A DNA stretch of 64,000 nt, taken from NCBI GenBank assembly GCA_964543075.1, contig CAZIVT010000001.1, positions 7,703 to 71,702 of the forward strand, written 5' to 3'. Under the pieces are notes generated by a model, which saw only the letters and a list, made by a program, of their open reading frames with translations, searched no databases and was not told where the DNA came from. Origin of the DNA: an uncultured Candidatus Saccharibacteria bacterium (lineage in GTDB: Bacteria; Patescibacteriota; Minisyncoccia; Phycocordibacterales; PALSA-1337). A program made the translations under genes and the position numbers. This document shows positions 7,466 through 17,025 of this stretch, in pieces (positions within the stretch are counted from its first letter, which is position 1; the number at the start of each line of letters is the position of its first letter).

Positions 7466-8131
7466 TTAATTTGCCTTGGGTGCCTGTGTCTCATCTTTAC
7501 CTTGAGGACCTACGACAAAAGCGAAGCTCTTGACCATTTCTATGAAGTCAGTATCAGCAGAATTGACGATGGCTTTGTTGTTATTCTGAGCTTGGATGAT
7601 GTTCGAACCTGTGAGACCCTTACTTGCCGGATCAAGTGTGATAGACGAGAACGTGAAGAAGTAGCAGAGGCTGTCCTTCTGGAGAGAATACATGCGGTTG
7701 AAATAGTTGCGTCCCTGGATGGTATTGGACATGGAGATCGTATTCATAGTCTCTGCGCCCACCTGCAGGCTCCCACGATCCTTGACCGTGGTCACTGGCG
7801 GGAATTGGCACTTGCCGGAAAAGACGTTGATATCCGCCTGAAGCTTGCCCAAAGTCGAAACCTGATCCTTGTCGATGGGCACGAGGAACGTCACACCCAA
7901 ATCAGCCTCTGCCTTCTCCCATCCAGTAGGATACTGGACAGAGAAACCGAGCTCGGCATTTTGGTATTCAGATAGCTGACTAGATATCTTGGTGGTCTCG
8001 CTGACCTTTACTGGCTCATCACCATCTTCAGAATCTCTGTTGGATCCTGGAAAATCGACGTTGTTCTTGACATACGTGACACCGAGGACGATGAGTACGA
8101 TCACGATAACTATGAGTATGAGTTTTTTCAT
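7466..8131 (-). CDS. Hypothetical membrane-anchored protein (221 aa).
   Basis: An N-terminal TM anchor is followed by an extracytoplasmic domain. No family recognised. Confidence 0.55.
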   Translation of the reverse strand: MKKLILIVIVIVLIVLGVTYVKNNVDFPGSNRDSEDGDEPVKVSETTKISSQLSEYQNAELGFSVQYPTGWEKAEADLGVTFLVPIDKDQVSTLGKLQADINVFSGKCQFPPVTTVKDRGSLQVGAETMNTISMSNTIQGRNYFNRMYSLQKDSLCYFFTFSSITLDPASKGLTGSNIIQAQNNNKAIVNSADTDFIEMVKSFAFVVGPQGKDETQAPKAN

Positions 8132-8214
8132 ATGAGTAAACTGCCTTTTGGCTTGTAGTTAGGGCATTATAACACGTCATATCTGTGTGTATATCTTGAC
8201 ATGTATACAATATT

Positions 8215-8246
8215 ATATCATAAAACCCGCCATTCGAAGCAGGTTT
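8215..8246 (-). terminator. Probable terminator downstream of groEL.
   Basis: On the minus strand: aaacctgcttcgaatggcgggttt hairpin followed by TTTTAT. Confidence 0.45.
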
Positions 8247-8274
8247 ATGATGGTCATACCCAATATCAGATCCT

Positions 8275-9906
8275 CTAATAACCCATATCAGATGCGGGGG
8301 CAGGCTTCTTGTCCTCTGGCTCGTTGGCTATGGCGACCTCTGTAGTGAGGAGGATGGCCGCCGCAGAACAGGAGTTCTGGACCCCTAGACGCGTGACTTT
8401 GACTGGGTCGACGATGCCTGCGGAGATCATATCCACGACTATCCCGTCATTGAGCGCATCGTAGCCGAGATTTCCCTTGCCCGAACGGACCTTGTCGACG
8501 ATGACAGAACCATCTTCCTTGCCGGCGTTGACCGCGATCTGTCGGAGCGGAGCCTCGAGCGCCTTGATCACGATAGAACCACCGATGCGCGCCTCAGTAG
8601 AGAGCTTGTCGGCCTCTGTGAGCCATCCAGCGAGCTTGTGAGCGACTTTGACCAGTGCTACACCTCCACCAGCGACGATGCCCTCTTCGATGGCGGCCTT
8701 GGTGGCATTGACCGCGTCTTCGATCTTGAGCTTCAGGTACCTCATCTCCGTCTCCGTCGCCGCACCGACACGGATGACAGCCACACCGCCTGAGAGCTTG
8801 GCGATACGCTCGTCGAGCTTCTCTCGATCATACGATGACTCGATCGTCTCGCGCTGAGATTTGAGCTGAGATATGCGTTCTTCTATATCTGCCTTCTTGC
8901 CTTTGCCGCCGATGATGATGGTCTTGTCCTTGGTCGATACGACCTTGCGCGCCTTGCCGAGCATAGATATATCCGCCTTTTCGAAGGATATGCCGACTTC
9001 GTCGGAGATGACAGTCGCCCCAGCAGTGACAGCTATATCCTGAAGCATGTCTTTTTTCTTGTCTCCATATCCGGGCGCTTTGATGGCCAGTACGTTGAAG
9101 GTGCCTCGGATCTTGTTGAGCACGAATGTCGTCAGTGCTTCCCCATCGACATCTTCGGCGATGATGACGAGGTCTTTCTTGCCGGCATGAGCCAGCTGTT
9201 CCAGGAGCGGGAGGACCTCCTTGATAGCAGAGATCTTCCTGTCAGTGATCAGGATGGCAGGATCCTTGAACTCGGCCTCCATCCGGTCTGGATTGGTCAT
9301 CATGTACGCAGAAATATAGCCTTTATCAAACTGGATACCCTCCACTATCTCTGATCCGAGCTCCATCGACTGAGACTCCTCGACAGTGACCACGCCGTCC
9401 GGACCGACCTGCTTGATGGTATCAGCGATGATCGTCCCCAACTCTTCTGACTCGGCAGATATCGTGGCGACCTGGCGGATCTCTGCGTCTTCCTTGATGG
9501 GTTTGGCGATCTTCTTGAGCTCATCGATCGCGCGCTCCGCGGCCGCCTCTATGCCCTGCTTGATGCCCATAGCACTCACCCCCATAGTGGTGTGCTTGAG
9601 GCCCTCGGTGACCAACGCGCGAGTCAGTATAGTGGCCGTAGTGGTTCCATCTCCGGCGCCATCATTGGTCTTGGTGGCGACCTCCTTGACTATCTCTGCA
9701 CCCATGTTTTCGAACGGATCTTTGAGGACGATCTCTTTGGCGATGGAGACGCCATCATTGGTGATCGTGGGAGCGCCATAGCCCTTGTCGAAGACGACAT
9801 TCCTGCCGCGCGGACCGATAGTGATCTCGACCGCATCGGCGACCGCATCTATGCCGCGCTTGAGGGCTTTGCGAGCGTCTTCGTTGTACAGGATCTTTTT
9901 GGACAT
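8275..9906 (-). CDS. groL: Chaperonin GroEL (Cpn60).
   Basis: MSKKILYNEDARKALKRGIDAVADAVEITIGPRGRNVVFDKGYGAPTITNDGVSIAKEI... is full-length GroEL. Confidence 0.97.
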   Translation of the reverse strand: MSKKILYNEDARKALKRGIDAVADAVEITIGPRGRNVVFDKGYGAPTITNDGVSIAKEIVLKDPFENMGAEIVKEVATKTNDGAGDGTTTATILTRALVTEGLKHTTMGVSAMGIKQGIEAAAERAIDELKKIAKPIKEDAEIRQVATISAESEELGTIIADTIKQVGPDGVVTVEESQSMELGSEIVEGIQFDKGYISAYMMTNPDRMEAEFKDPAILITDRKISAIKEVLPLLEQLAHAGKKDLVIIAEDVDGEALTTFVLNKIRGTFNVLAIKAPGYGDKKKDMLQDIAVTAGATVISDEVGISFEKADISMLGKARKVVSTKDKTIIIGGKGKKADIEERISQLKSQRETIESSYDREKLDERIAKLSGGVAVIRVGAATETEMRYLKLKIEDAVNATKAAIEEGIVAGGGVALVKVAHKLAGWLTEADKLSTEARIGGSIVIKALEAPLRQIAVNAGKEDGSVIVDKVRSGKGNLGYDALNDGIVVDMISAGIVDPVKVTRLGVQNSCSAAAILLTTEVAIANEPEDKKPAPASDMGY

Positions 9907-9915
9907 AATGGTTGA

Positions 9916-10024
9916 AGAAGATCTAAACCCTAAACTCTAAGCTTTAAAAATCAAAGTCTATTTTTGGCATTTGGATTTTGATATTTGGGCTTCTTTAGGA
10001 TTTAGAACTTAGGATTTAGGATTT
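9916..10024. repeat. Structured 118-bp groES-groEL spacer with imperfect inverted repeats.
   Basis: atctaaaccctaaactctaagc (9921..9942) faces ctttaggatttagaacttaggatttaggattt (9992..10024). The spacer is unusually long and A/T-rich for a groES-groEL junction. Confidence 0.6.
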
Positions 10025-10345
10025 TTACTTTATAATCGCTAGTATCTCGCTCTCTCTCACGATGTAGTACTCTTCTCCGTCGACTCCTATCTTGTCTCCC
10101 CACTGAAATACGACGGTATCGCCAACCTCGACAGATAGTTCGATGAGCGCGCCGTCTTCGATCCTACCAGGACCGACGGCGACGACCGTGCCGCGCTTGC
10201 CGTCTTTGTTCTTGTCGGCACCCGATGGCAGGATGATGCCTGATGATGTCTTCTCCTCTCCACCGACAAGATGCTCCTGTATGAGGACCCTGTCAGCAAG
10301 GGGCTTGATCTTGTTTGATACATCCCTGTTTGCTTTGTGCTTCAT
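10025..10345 (-). CDS. groS: Co-chaperonin GroES (Cpn10).
   Basis: ...IKPLADRVLIQEHLVGGEEKTSSGIILPSGADKNKDGKRGTVVAVGPGR... Confidence 0.95.
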   Translation of the reverse strand: MKHKANRDVSNKIKPLADRVLIQEHLVGGEEKTSSGIILPSGADKNKDGKRGTVVAVGPGRIEDGALIELSVEVGDTVVFQWGDKIGVDGEEYYIVRESEILAIIK

Positions 10346-10381
10346 ATGAAATTGAGCAATTTATAGAATATCACTGATAAA

Positions 10382-10410
10382 TAGACCCTCCAGAGATCAA
10401 TCTGGGTCTA
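10382..10410. promoter_or_regulatory. Inverted-repeat candidate operator upstream of groES. It is not canonical CIRCE.
   Basis: tagaccctccaga-gatcaa-tctgggtcta, 37-65 bp upstream of the groES start. Confidence 0.35.
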
Positions 10411-10555
10411 GAAATGCCTTCGTCATCTGAAGGCTGTACGTTCGGATTATAGTAGAAACGGAGCCGGACGCAAGTATTGACTTTGGTTTTTGTGCATGTC
10501 ATATCTGGACGACAACTTGCATGAAATCCTATCTGTGGTATCATGCCCAGCAATG

Positions 10556-10774
10556 AAGTCTCTCCTTCCTTATGTCCAGGTCATCCTGTCCGTGCTTCTT
10601 GTAGCTGCGATATTGCTCCAGCGTACCGGCGCGCAGGTAGGCGGCGCTTTTGGCGGAGGGGACAACTTCAGCTCAGCTTTCCATACCCGCCGAGGCGCCG
10701 AAAAGGGACTCTTCATCATCACTATCGTGATTGCCCTCCTCTTTGCAGTCTCTGCGCTCGTCAACCTCATCTAA
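10556..10774 (+). CDS. secG: Preprotein translocase subunit SecG.
   Basis: MKSLLPYVQVILSVLLVAAILLQRTGAQVGGAFGGGDNFSSAFHTRRGAEKGLFIITIVIALLFAVSALVNLI. The SecG signature is ...LLQ..G.G.GGAFGGG....RRG.E... The ORF is open from 10490; the internal Met at 10556 is preferred. Confidence 0.85.
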   Translation, partial: KSLLPYVQVILSVLLVAAILLQRTGAQVGGAFGGGDNFSSAFHTRRGAEKGLFIITIVIALLFAVSALVNLI

Positions 10775-10854
10775 CCTAGGACATTTGCGATCAGGATGCG
10801 TCTGACCAAAGAACTACGTGTGGTCGTGACGCTCTCTGAATCCATCACTCTACC

Positions 10855-12606
10855 GTGACCGAACCATCGACATATACACCTCGTCCCGGCCGTAAAGCAA
10901 CCATACTCGGCTATATCGGGAGATTCTCAGCTACAGAACGAGCTCTATTCAGCTTGCTCGTGATCGCCGCGCTCATTTCCGCGCTCATCATGGGAAAATG
11001 GGTCAATGACTATTTCTCAGTAGATGTACCCGCCTACGGAGGATCGCTGACTGAGGGCATCATCGGCCTACCCCGTACGGTCAACCCTATCCTCGCCGTG
11101 ACCGACGCTGATCGCGACATATCAGCGCTCGTATATTCCGGCCTAGCGAAGTACGAGCATGGAGCGCTCGTCACCGACCTAGCCCAATCATATGACATAT
11201 CCGAAGATGGCCTCGTATATACGTTCACGTTGAAACCAAAGCTACAGTTCCACGACGGCGAACCACTAACTACGGAGGACATCGCCTTTACCATCCAGAA
11301 GATCCAGGACCCTGTCCTCAAGAGTCCCCGTCGCGCCGACTGGGCAGACGTGACGGTCGAGGTCGTATCTCCCACAGAAGTGAAGTTCATCTTGAAACAG
11401 CCCTATCGGCCTTTCCTATCCAATACGACGATCGGCATCCTGCCGAAGCATGTCTGGGGTTCAGTCAGCGATGAACAGTTCATCTTCAGCCAGTACAACA
11501 TAGAGCCGATCGGATCAGGCCCATATCGTTTCGACAAGGTCTCATACAACGCAGGTGGCATCCCCACGACATACAAACTCTCATCGTGGAGCGGATACCA
11601 TGGACGCGTACCGTATATAAGCCAGGTCATATTCAAATTCTTCGCGGACGAAGAAACGGCGCTCGATGCTCTGGACCAGGGATCGATCGACAGCTTGCCG
11701 TCAGTGCCTCCTGCCGCCGCCACGAACCTCGCGCGTACGACCGCACAATCATACACCGTCATCTCTTCGCCCTTGCCGCGAGTATTCGGGGTATTCTTCA
11801 ATCAGAGCCAGTCTCCCATACTGGCCGATCGAGCCGTGAGAGTCGCGCTCGATGCGGCGCTCGACCGTCAAGCGATCGTCGATGCCGTCCTCGACGGATA
11901 CGGCCTACCTCTCGATAGAGCTGTGCCTTTTCTAGCCATAGCGAGCTCGACAGATTCCACTGGTCCATCGATCGACCCTGCGACGACTTCGCCGTTCATC
12001 GCGAACGCAGAAGCGATCCTAGACAGGAATGGCTGGAAGAAGAATGACGGCGTCTATGAGAAGAAGACATCGTCAGGAGTCTCCACCATCTCATTCGATA
12101 TATATACAGCCGATTCTCCTGACCTCAAGCGCGCAGTAGAGATGATACGCGACACATGGAACGAGCTCGGCGCGCAGGTCAACATCAAGGTCTACGAAAC
12201 GGGAGATCTCTACCAGAACATCATCCGGACACGAGAATACGACGCTCTCTTCTTCGGCCAATCGATCGGCAAAGACCGTGACTTCTATGCCTTCTGGCAC
12301 TCATCACAGCGCAACGCTCCTGGCCTCAATGTGGCCCTCTATACCAATACCAAGACCGACAAATTGCTCGAGGACATCCGCATGATCGGCGACGAGGATC
12401 TGCGTGCCGAGAAATACGCCGAGTTCGACGAACTCCTCACGTATGATGTCCCCGCCACGTTCGTATATCTGCCGGATTTCATCTACGCGATCCCTCGAAC
12501 GCTCGGCGGTATCCAGCTCGATACCATGACCTCGCCGGCAGATCGCTGGAACGGAGTCCGTGACTGGTATATAGAAACTGAACGCGTATGGAAGATATTC
12601 GACTAG
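10855..12606 (+). CDS. ABC transporter substrate-binding protein, family 5 (oligopeptide/dipeptide-type).
   Basis: A TM/signal anchor is followed by SBP_bac_5-like sequence (...DADRDISALVYSGLAKYEHGALVTDLAQSYDISEDGLVYTFTLKPKLQFHDGEPLTTEDIAFTIQKIQDP...). Confidence 0.8.
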   Translation: MTEPSTYTPRPGRKATILGYIGRFSATERALFSLLVIAALISALIMGKWVNDYFSVDVPAYGGSLTEGIIGLPRTVNPILAVTDADRDISALVYSGLAKYEHGALVTDLAQSYDISEDGLVYTFTLKPKLQFHDGEPLTTEDIAFTIQKIQDPVLKSPRRADWADVTVEVVSPTEVKFILKQPYRPFLSNTTIGILPKHVWGSVSDEQFIFSQYNIEPIGSGPYRFDKVSYNAGGIPTTYKLSSWSGYHGRVPYISQVIFKFFADEETALDALDQGSIDSLPSVPPAAATNLARTTAQSYTVISSPLPRVFGVFFNQSQSPILADRAVRVALDAALDRQAIVDAVLDGYGLPLDRAVPFLAIASSTDSTGPSIDPATTSPFIANAEAILDRNGWKKNDGVYEKKTSSGVSTISFDIYTADSPDLKRAVEMIRDTWNELGAQVNIKVYETGDLYQNIIRTREYDALFFGQSIGKDRDFYAFWHSSQRNAPGLNVALYTNTKTDKLLEDIRMIGDEDLRAEKYAEFDELLTYDVPATFVYLPDFIYAIPRTLGGIQLDTMTSPADRWNGVRDWYIETERVWKIFD

Positions 12607-12664
12607 TAGCCTATCCCGTATCATTATCAAAGTAACGAAGTTCTACACGATCGCATCAATCAGC

Positions 12665-14686
12665 ATGAATAACCAACCATCAAACAACCCTTCTCGTCCG
12701 CCCGAACGCAAACCCCGCTTCCAGTACAGGCCGCGTGGATCGCGCCCCTCGCAGACCCGTGTCATCAGATCCGGATCCCCTTCGGGCGCGCCTCACCATG
12801 AGCGCACCCATCACAATGCCGGGACTGGAGGGCATCGTATCATCATGGGCAAGGGAGCCCATAAGCAGCCCGTCAAGCATCACGTCGCCGGAGCGCGCAT
12901 GACTATCATCCGTCCTGACGCCGCCAAGCCGATGCGCCGTATGCCAGCCAAGCCCTCTATGAAGCGCGAGGGGGATATCATCCCGCCATTGGCGCCAGAG
13001 ACGATCCGCATCGTGCCTCTCGGAGGAGTCGAGGAGATCGGCAAGAACATGACCGCCATCCAGTACGGTGATGACATCGTCGTCGTCGATATCGGATTCC
13101 AGTTCAAGGACGACGATACCCCCGGCATCGATTTCATACTTCCCAACACCAAATACCTCGAGGAGCGTCGCGACAAGATCCGAGCCGTCATCATCACGCA
13201 CGGTCACCTCGACCATATCGGCGGCATACCGTATATCATGCCCCGCATCGGCAACCCGCCTCTCTATACGCGCCTCCTGACCTCTGTACTCATCCAGAAG
13301 CGCCAAGAGGAGTTCCCTCATGTCCCCAAGCTCGACCTCAAGGTAGTCGAGAAGAACGAGACCATCACTGTCGGCAAGTTGCGCATCAAATTCTTTGCCG
13401 TCACCCACACCATACCTGACGCTATGGGCGTCATCATCGAGACCCCGTACGGATCCATCGTACACACAGGAGACCTCAAGCTCGACCATGACGACGGCGT
13501 ACCCACCGAGACCGAAGTCGCGGAATACGACCGCGCATTTCCGTCAGTAGACGGACAAGCACACAAGGTCCTGATGCTCATGGCCGACTCGACCAACGTC
13601 GAGAATCCGGGATTCTCCCTGCCTGAGCGCACCGTCCACAAGAATCTCGAAGAGATCATCAAGAACACGAACGGACGCCTGATCATCGCCACCTTCGCGT
13701 CACTCCTGGAACGCTTGCTCAAGATCGTCGAGTTCTCAGAGAAATACGGCAAGAAGGTCGTCGTGGAAGGCAGGTCGCTCAAGCAGAATATCGAGATCTG
13801 CAAGGCGCTCGGCTTGGTCAAGGCCAAGAAAGAGACCTTCATATCCGTCGACGAGATCGACAACCTCCCGCCGGAGCGTATCGTCATCCTCTCGACAGGA
13901 GCGCAAGCCAACGACTTCTCCGCTCTCGTGCGCATGTCGCAGAAGACTCATGCCAAGATCAAGCTCACACCTCGTGACACCATCGTCCTCTCGTCATCCG
14001 TCGTCCCGGGCAACGAACGCGCCGTGCAGAGGCTCAAGGACAACCTGTCACGTCAGGGAGCGCGCATCCTCCACTACCGTATCGCCGACGTGCACTCGTC
14101 AGGACACGCCAACCGAGACGAGACGGCGTGGATACATCGCGCCATACGACCCAAATTCTTCATGCCGCTCCACGGATATCACTACATGTTGCGCACGCAC
14201 TGCGATATCGCCAAGGATGCCAACGGCCTCTCCGAATCCGACGTCGTCATCCCGGACAACGGCTCCGTCATAGAGATCAGGGAGCGCGGCACCAAGCTCG
14301 TCAAGCTCAAGGAGAAGGCCGCTTCTGGCCTCGTCCTCGTCGACGGATTCTCGGTCGGAGACGTCCAGGATGTCGTCATCCGCGATCGTCAGGCGCTCGC
14401 ACAAGACGGCATCTTCATCATCTTCGGCATACTCAACGGGCAGACCGGCAAGCTCAAGAAGTCCCCTGATATCATCTCGCGCGGGTTCGTCTATCTCCGC
14501 GAATCGCAGGAACTGCTCCATGAAGTGCGCCTGCTCATCAAGGATACCGTCGAGCGTTCGACCCGCGGCATGAAGCCGATCAGCGTCGACCTAGTCAAAG
14601 ACAACGTCACTGACGCGGTATCCAAATTCCTCATGCAAAAGACAGCCAAAAGGCCGATGGTGATACCGGTTCTACTTACGATATAG
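12665..14686 (+). CDS. rnj: Ribonuclease J (beta-CASP metallo-beta-lactamase) with a basic low-complexity N-terminal extension of about 110 aa.
   Basis: IRIVPLGGVEEIGKNMTAIQYGDDIVVVDIGFQF...AVIITHGHLDHIGGIPYIMP...HTGDLKLDHDD... The real start may be an internal Met. Confidence 0.9.
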   Translation: MNNQPSNNPSRPPERKPRFQYRPRGSRPSQTRVIRSGSPSGAPHHERTHHNAGTGGHRIIMGKGAHKQPVKHHVAGARMTIIRPDAAKPMRRMPAKPSMKREGDIIPPLAPETIRIVPLGGVEEIGKNMTAIQYGDDIVVVDIGFQFKDDDTPGIDFILPNTKYLEERRDKIRAVIITHGHLDHIGGIPYIMPRIGNPPLYTRLLTSVLIQKRQEEFPHVPKLDLKVVEKNETITVGKLRIKFFAVTHTIPDAMGVIIETPYGSIVHTGDLKLDHDDGVPTETEVAEYDRAFPSVDGQAHKVLMLMADSTNVENPGFSLPERTVHKNLEEIIKNTNGRLIIATFASLLERLLKIVEFSEKYGKKVVVEGRSLKQNIEICKALGLVKAKKETFISVDEIDNLPPERIVILSTGAQANDFSALVRMSQKTHAKIKLTPRDTIVLSSSVVPGNERAVQRLKDNLSRQGARILHYRIADVHSSGHANRDETAWIHRAIRPKFFMPLHGYHYMLRTHCDIAKDANGLSESDVVIPDNGSVIEIRERGTKLVKLKEKAASGLVLVDGFSVGDVQDVVIRDRQALAQDGIFIIFGILNGQTGKLKKSPDIISRGFVYLRESQELLHEVRLLIKDTVERSTRGMKPISVDLVKDNVTDAVSKFLMQKTAKRPMVIPVLLTI

Positions 14687-14695
14687 GTCAGAGAT

Positions 14696-14750
14696 CAGTA
14701 AACAGCAAACAGAATGGTCGCAATGCGATTCTTCTGATTACTGTTTACTG
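14696..14750. terminator. Bidirectional hairpin between convergent genes, of the cagtaaacag / ctgtttactg repeat family.
   Basis: cagtaaacagcaaacagaa-(16 nt loop)-cttctgattactgtttactg. The right arm shares an exact 17-mer, ctgattactgtttactg, with the hairpin at 53357..53378. Confidence 0.6.
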
Positions 14751-14757
14751 CTATCTA

Positions 14758-16158
14758 TCACAACCCCTGCAACGGATCTATCATGTTGCGCTGTATGTCG
14801 TCGGCCTTGGCGATGACGCTATTGCCGTATGTAGTATTGCCTGTCCGCAATCCGCATGATGCGCCCGAATAGTAACGGCAAGCCGCATTGCGCTCTGCTG
14901 TATAAGTCTGAGCGGATGCCCCGAGATCGGATAGATACATGGCTGATGCCATGAAGGCATGAGCCGGATTCCATGGGTTGGGCATACCAGGTATGCCGAG
15001 CAGTTGCGCGAGCTTGTCCTTGACGATCATCCAGGTAGACGGGATGAACTGGGCCGGACCCATGGCTCCCCCGTAGCCGATAGAGAGCGGGCACGAGACC
15101 AGAGTAGCGAAGGGATCCACGCCGAGAGCCTTGGTGATCGTGAGGAACGGCTGTACATCGCGCTCAGGCTTCATGACATCAGCTATCGGAAGCTTGCTGT
15201 TGACATTGATGCCTGCGCCGGTCACCGCATCTGAGAGATAACATGACCCGACGTGTTTGCCGAAAGTCGCGTCGCCTTTGTCGAGGCTGGACTCCTGGGC
15301 GAATATGCCGAGCAGGAAGGCGGCTCGTACGCCGGTCTTGGCTTCTGCTTCGCGGGCATACTGGAGAGCCACACCGAACGGTATAGGCTCTGCTCCGACC
15401 AAGGGGAAGAGTTGAGCGCGGATCTGGGCCGCACGCGCGCGCTTTTGTGCCAAAAGCGTGGTATACGACTGTTCATTGCCCTGACTGACCTTGAGGAGAC
15501 GCTGCTTCTCTGCCTCATCTGCTTTGATGTTCTTCTCCTCTTGCTCGATGACGTGCCGGGCATTCTGCTCGGCGGCTCGACGCTTGTCGAGAGCGTCTTT
15601 CTCGGACTCGGTCTCCACCTGATCGGAACGTATCTGGTCAAACGTCGCTTGGAGGCCATATCTGACCGATTCGAATGAATCTATGTCCTGCAACGCACCG
15701 GTCAAGCTAGCTTGCGAAAGCAGTATCTCAGGCAATGTCTGGGAACCGATCTCGTTGGTCTTGCGCATGATGACCGCGAGCGAATCCTTGCCTTTGCCGA
15801 TACGCTCCTCGAGGGCTTCGATGTGGGTCTCTTTTGTCTGGATGTCCTTGCCTAGATTCTCGATGAGGAGGTTCTTGGCACGGATATTGAGTTGTGCGAC
15901 CTTGATCTTGGCTGTGAGCACGGTGATATCTCGAGACAAAGAAGCGCTCTCTGCCTGCGCTTCGGAGAGCTCTTTCTCTGCTGCTTTCTGCTCAGCCTCA
16001 ACCTGGGCAAGCTCCTTCTCGAGGCGAGCCTTCTGCTCGGGCGTCAGATTCTGGGCAGATGCGACAGGAGCGGAGGTCATGGAGAATATAGCCAAAAAGA
16101 GCGTCAGGCTCGATATGACGACATATATGGCAAAAACAGAGAGTGCGCGCTTTTTCAT
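14758..16158 (-). CDS. Secreted coiled-coil protein with a C-terminal lysozyme-like / transglycosylase-like peptidoglycan hydrolase domain.
   Basis: A signal peptide is followed by a long coiled coil (EQKARLEKELAQVEAEQKAAEKEL...) and a C-terminal domain (...AAFLLGIFAQESSLDKGDATFGK...GYGGAMGPAQFIPSTW...). Confidence 0.6.
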   Translation of the reverse strand: MKKRALSVFAIYVVISSLTLFLAIFSMTSAPVASAQNLTPEQKARLEKELAQVEAEQKAAEKELSEAQAESASLSRDITVLTAKIKVAQLNIRAKNLLIENLGKDIQTKETHIEALEERIGKGKDSLAVIMRKTNEIGSQTLPEILLSQASLTGALQDIDSFESVRYGLQATFDQIRSDQVETESEKDALDKRRAAEQNARHVIEQEEKNIKADEAEKQRLLKVSQGNEQSYTTLLAQKRARAAQIRAQLFPLVGAEPIPFGVALQYAREAEAKTGVRAAFLLGIFAQESSLDKGDATFGKHVGSCYLSDAVTGAGINVNSKLPIADVMKPERDVQPFLTITKALGVDPFATLVSCPLSIGYGGAMGPAQFIPSTWMIVKDKLAQLLGIPGMPNPWNPAHAFMASAMYLSDLGASAQTYTAERNAACRYYSGASCGLRTGNTTYGNSVIAKADDIQRNMIDPLQGL

Positions 16159-16250
16159 GTGTGTCCCTATTATATCAGATATCTACTGCAGGTCATCGGA
16201 TGATATAGACGGCACGGGACTGGCGACCTTTCAATACTGCTTCTGCTCAT

Positions 16251-16276
16251 AAACGAAAAACGCCCGATATCGGGCG
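16251..16276 (-). terminator. Rho-independent terminator after rplY.
   Basis: Minus strand: cgcccgatatcgggcg perfect palindrome followed by tttttcgttt. Confidence 0.7.
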
Positions 16277-16308
16277 GTCCTAGGGCACACCAGGATCTCT
16301 AATCTGGG

Positions 16309-16977
16309 CTATTTGCCCTCCGGCGCGGCGACATCGCCGTCGGATGAGTCTCCCTCCTTGTCTTCCTTGCCCTTCTTCTCTACTTCGATCGCAGACATAT
16401 CGATAGCGGTCGGAGCCTCCTCGGTCTCTTCCTTGGCTTCAGCTATAGCGGCGACGACCTCATCGGCGTCCATCCTGAGCTCGACTCCTGATGGGAGAGC
16501 GAGATCACCGGCCTTGATGACATCATCGAGCTGTACGAGCCTGGATATGTCTACCTTGATATCGTGAGGCAGATCGCGCGGAGCGGCCTCGATCTCTATC
16601 TCACGATGAACCTTGACCAGGATGCCTCCGAGGTCCTTGACCGCAGGAGCAACTCCATCGAAGACGAGAGGTACGGACACCTCGACTTTCTTGCCCTTTT
16701 CGATCACATAGAAATCGGCATGGCGAGGAGCGCCAGTGAGGGGATGAATGTCGATGTCATGGATGAGGGTCTCATGCTCTGTACCTGTAGCGTCCTTGAG
16801 GATGATAACGGAGGACTCACCGGCCTGCTTCCAGACCTTGCCGAACTCCTTGGCATCGACGGAAATAGGCGTAGTGGCCTCCTTGGGACCATAAAATACG
16901 GCAGGAATCTTGCCAGAAACACGCACCTTGTCGGGCGTGAGTTTGAGGTCGCGCTTCTCTATCGCTAGTGACAACAT
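16309..16977 (-). CDS. rplY: 50S ribosomal protein L25 / general stress protein Ctc.
   Basis: MLSLAIEKRDLKLTPDKVRVSGKIPAVFYGPKEATTPISVDAKEF... with an acidic C-terminal tail. Confidence 0.9.
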   Translation of the reverse strand: MLSLAIEKRDLKLTPDKVRVSGKIPAVFYGPKEATTPISVDAKEFGKVWKQAGESSVIILKDATGTEHETLIHDIDIHPLTGAPRHADFYVIEKGKKVEVSVPLVFDGVAPAVKDLGGILVKVHREIEIEAAPRDLPHDIKVDISRLVQLDDVIKAGDLALPSGVELRMDADEVVAAIAEAKEETEEAPTAIDMSAIEVEKKGKEDKEGDSSDGDVAAPEGK

Positions 16978-17025
16978 GGAGGCTATCTTACACTATTTCA
17001 GGGAAAATGCAAGCTTGACTTCTTT

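Noticed and set aside
10346-10490. A canonical CIRCE (TTAGCACTC-N9-GAGTGCTAA) upstream of groES.
   Set aside because: Not present. Only a different inverted repeat was found, reported separately as a candidate.
12680-13489. 269-aa minus-strand ORF antisense to rnj.
   Set aside because: It lies entirely inside the strongly supported RNase J gene. The translation is Asp/Gly/Val low-complexity, typical of antisense.
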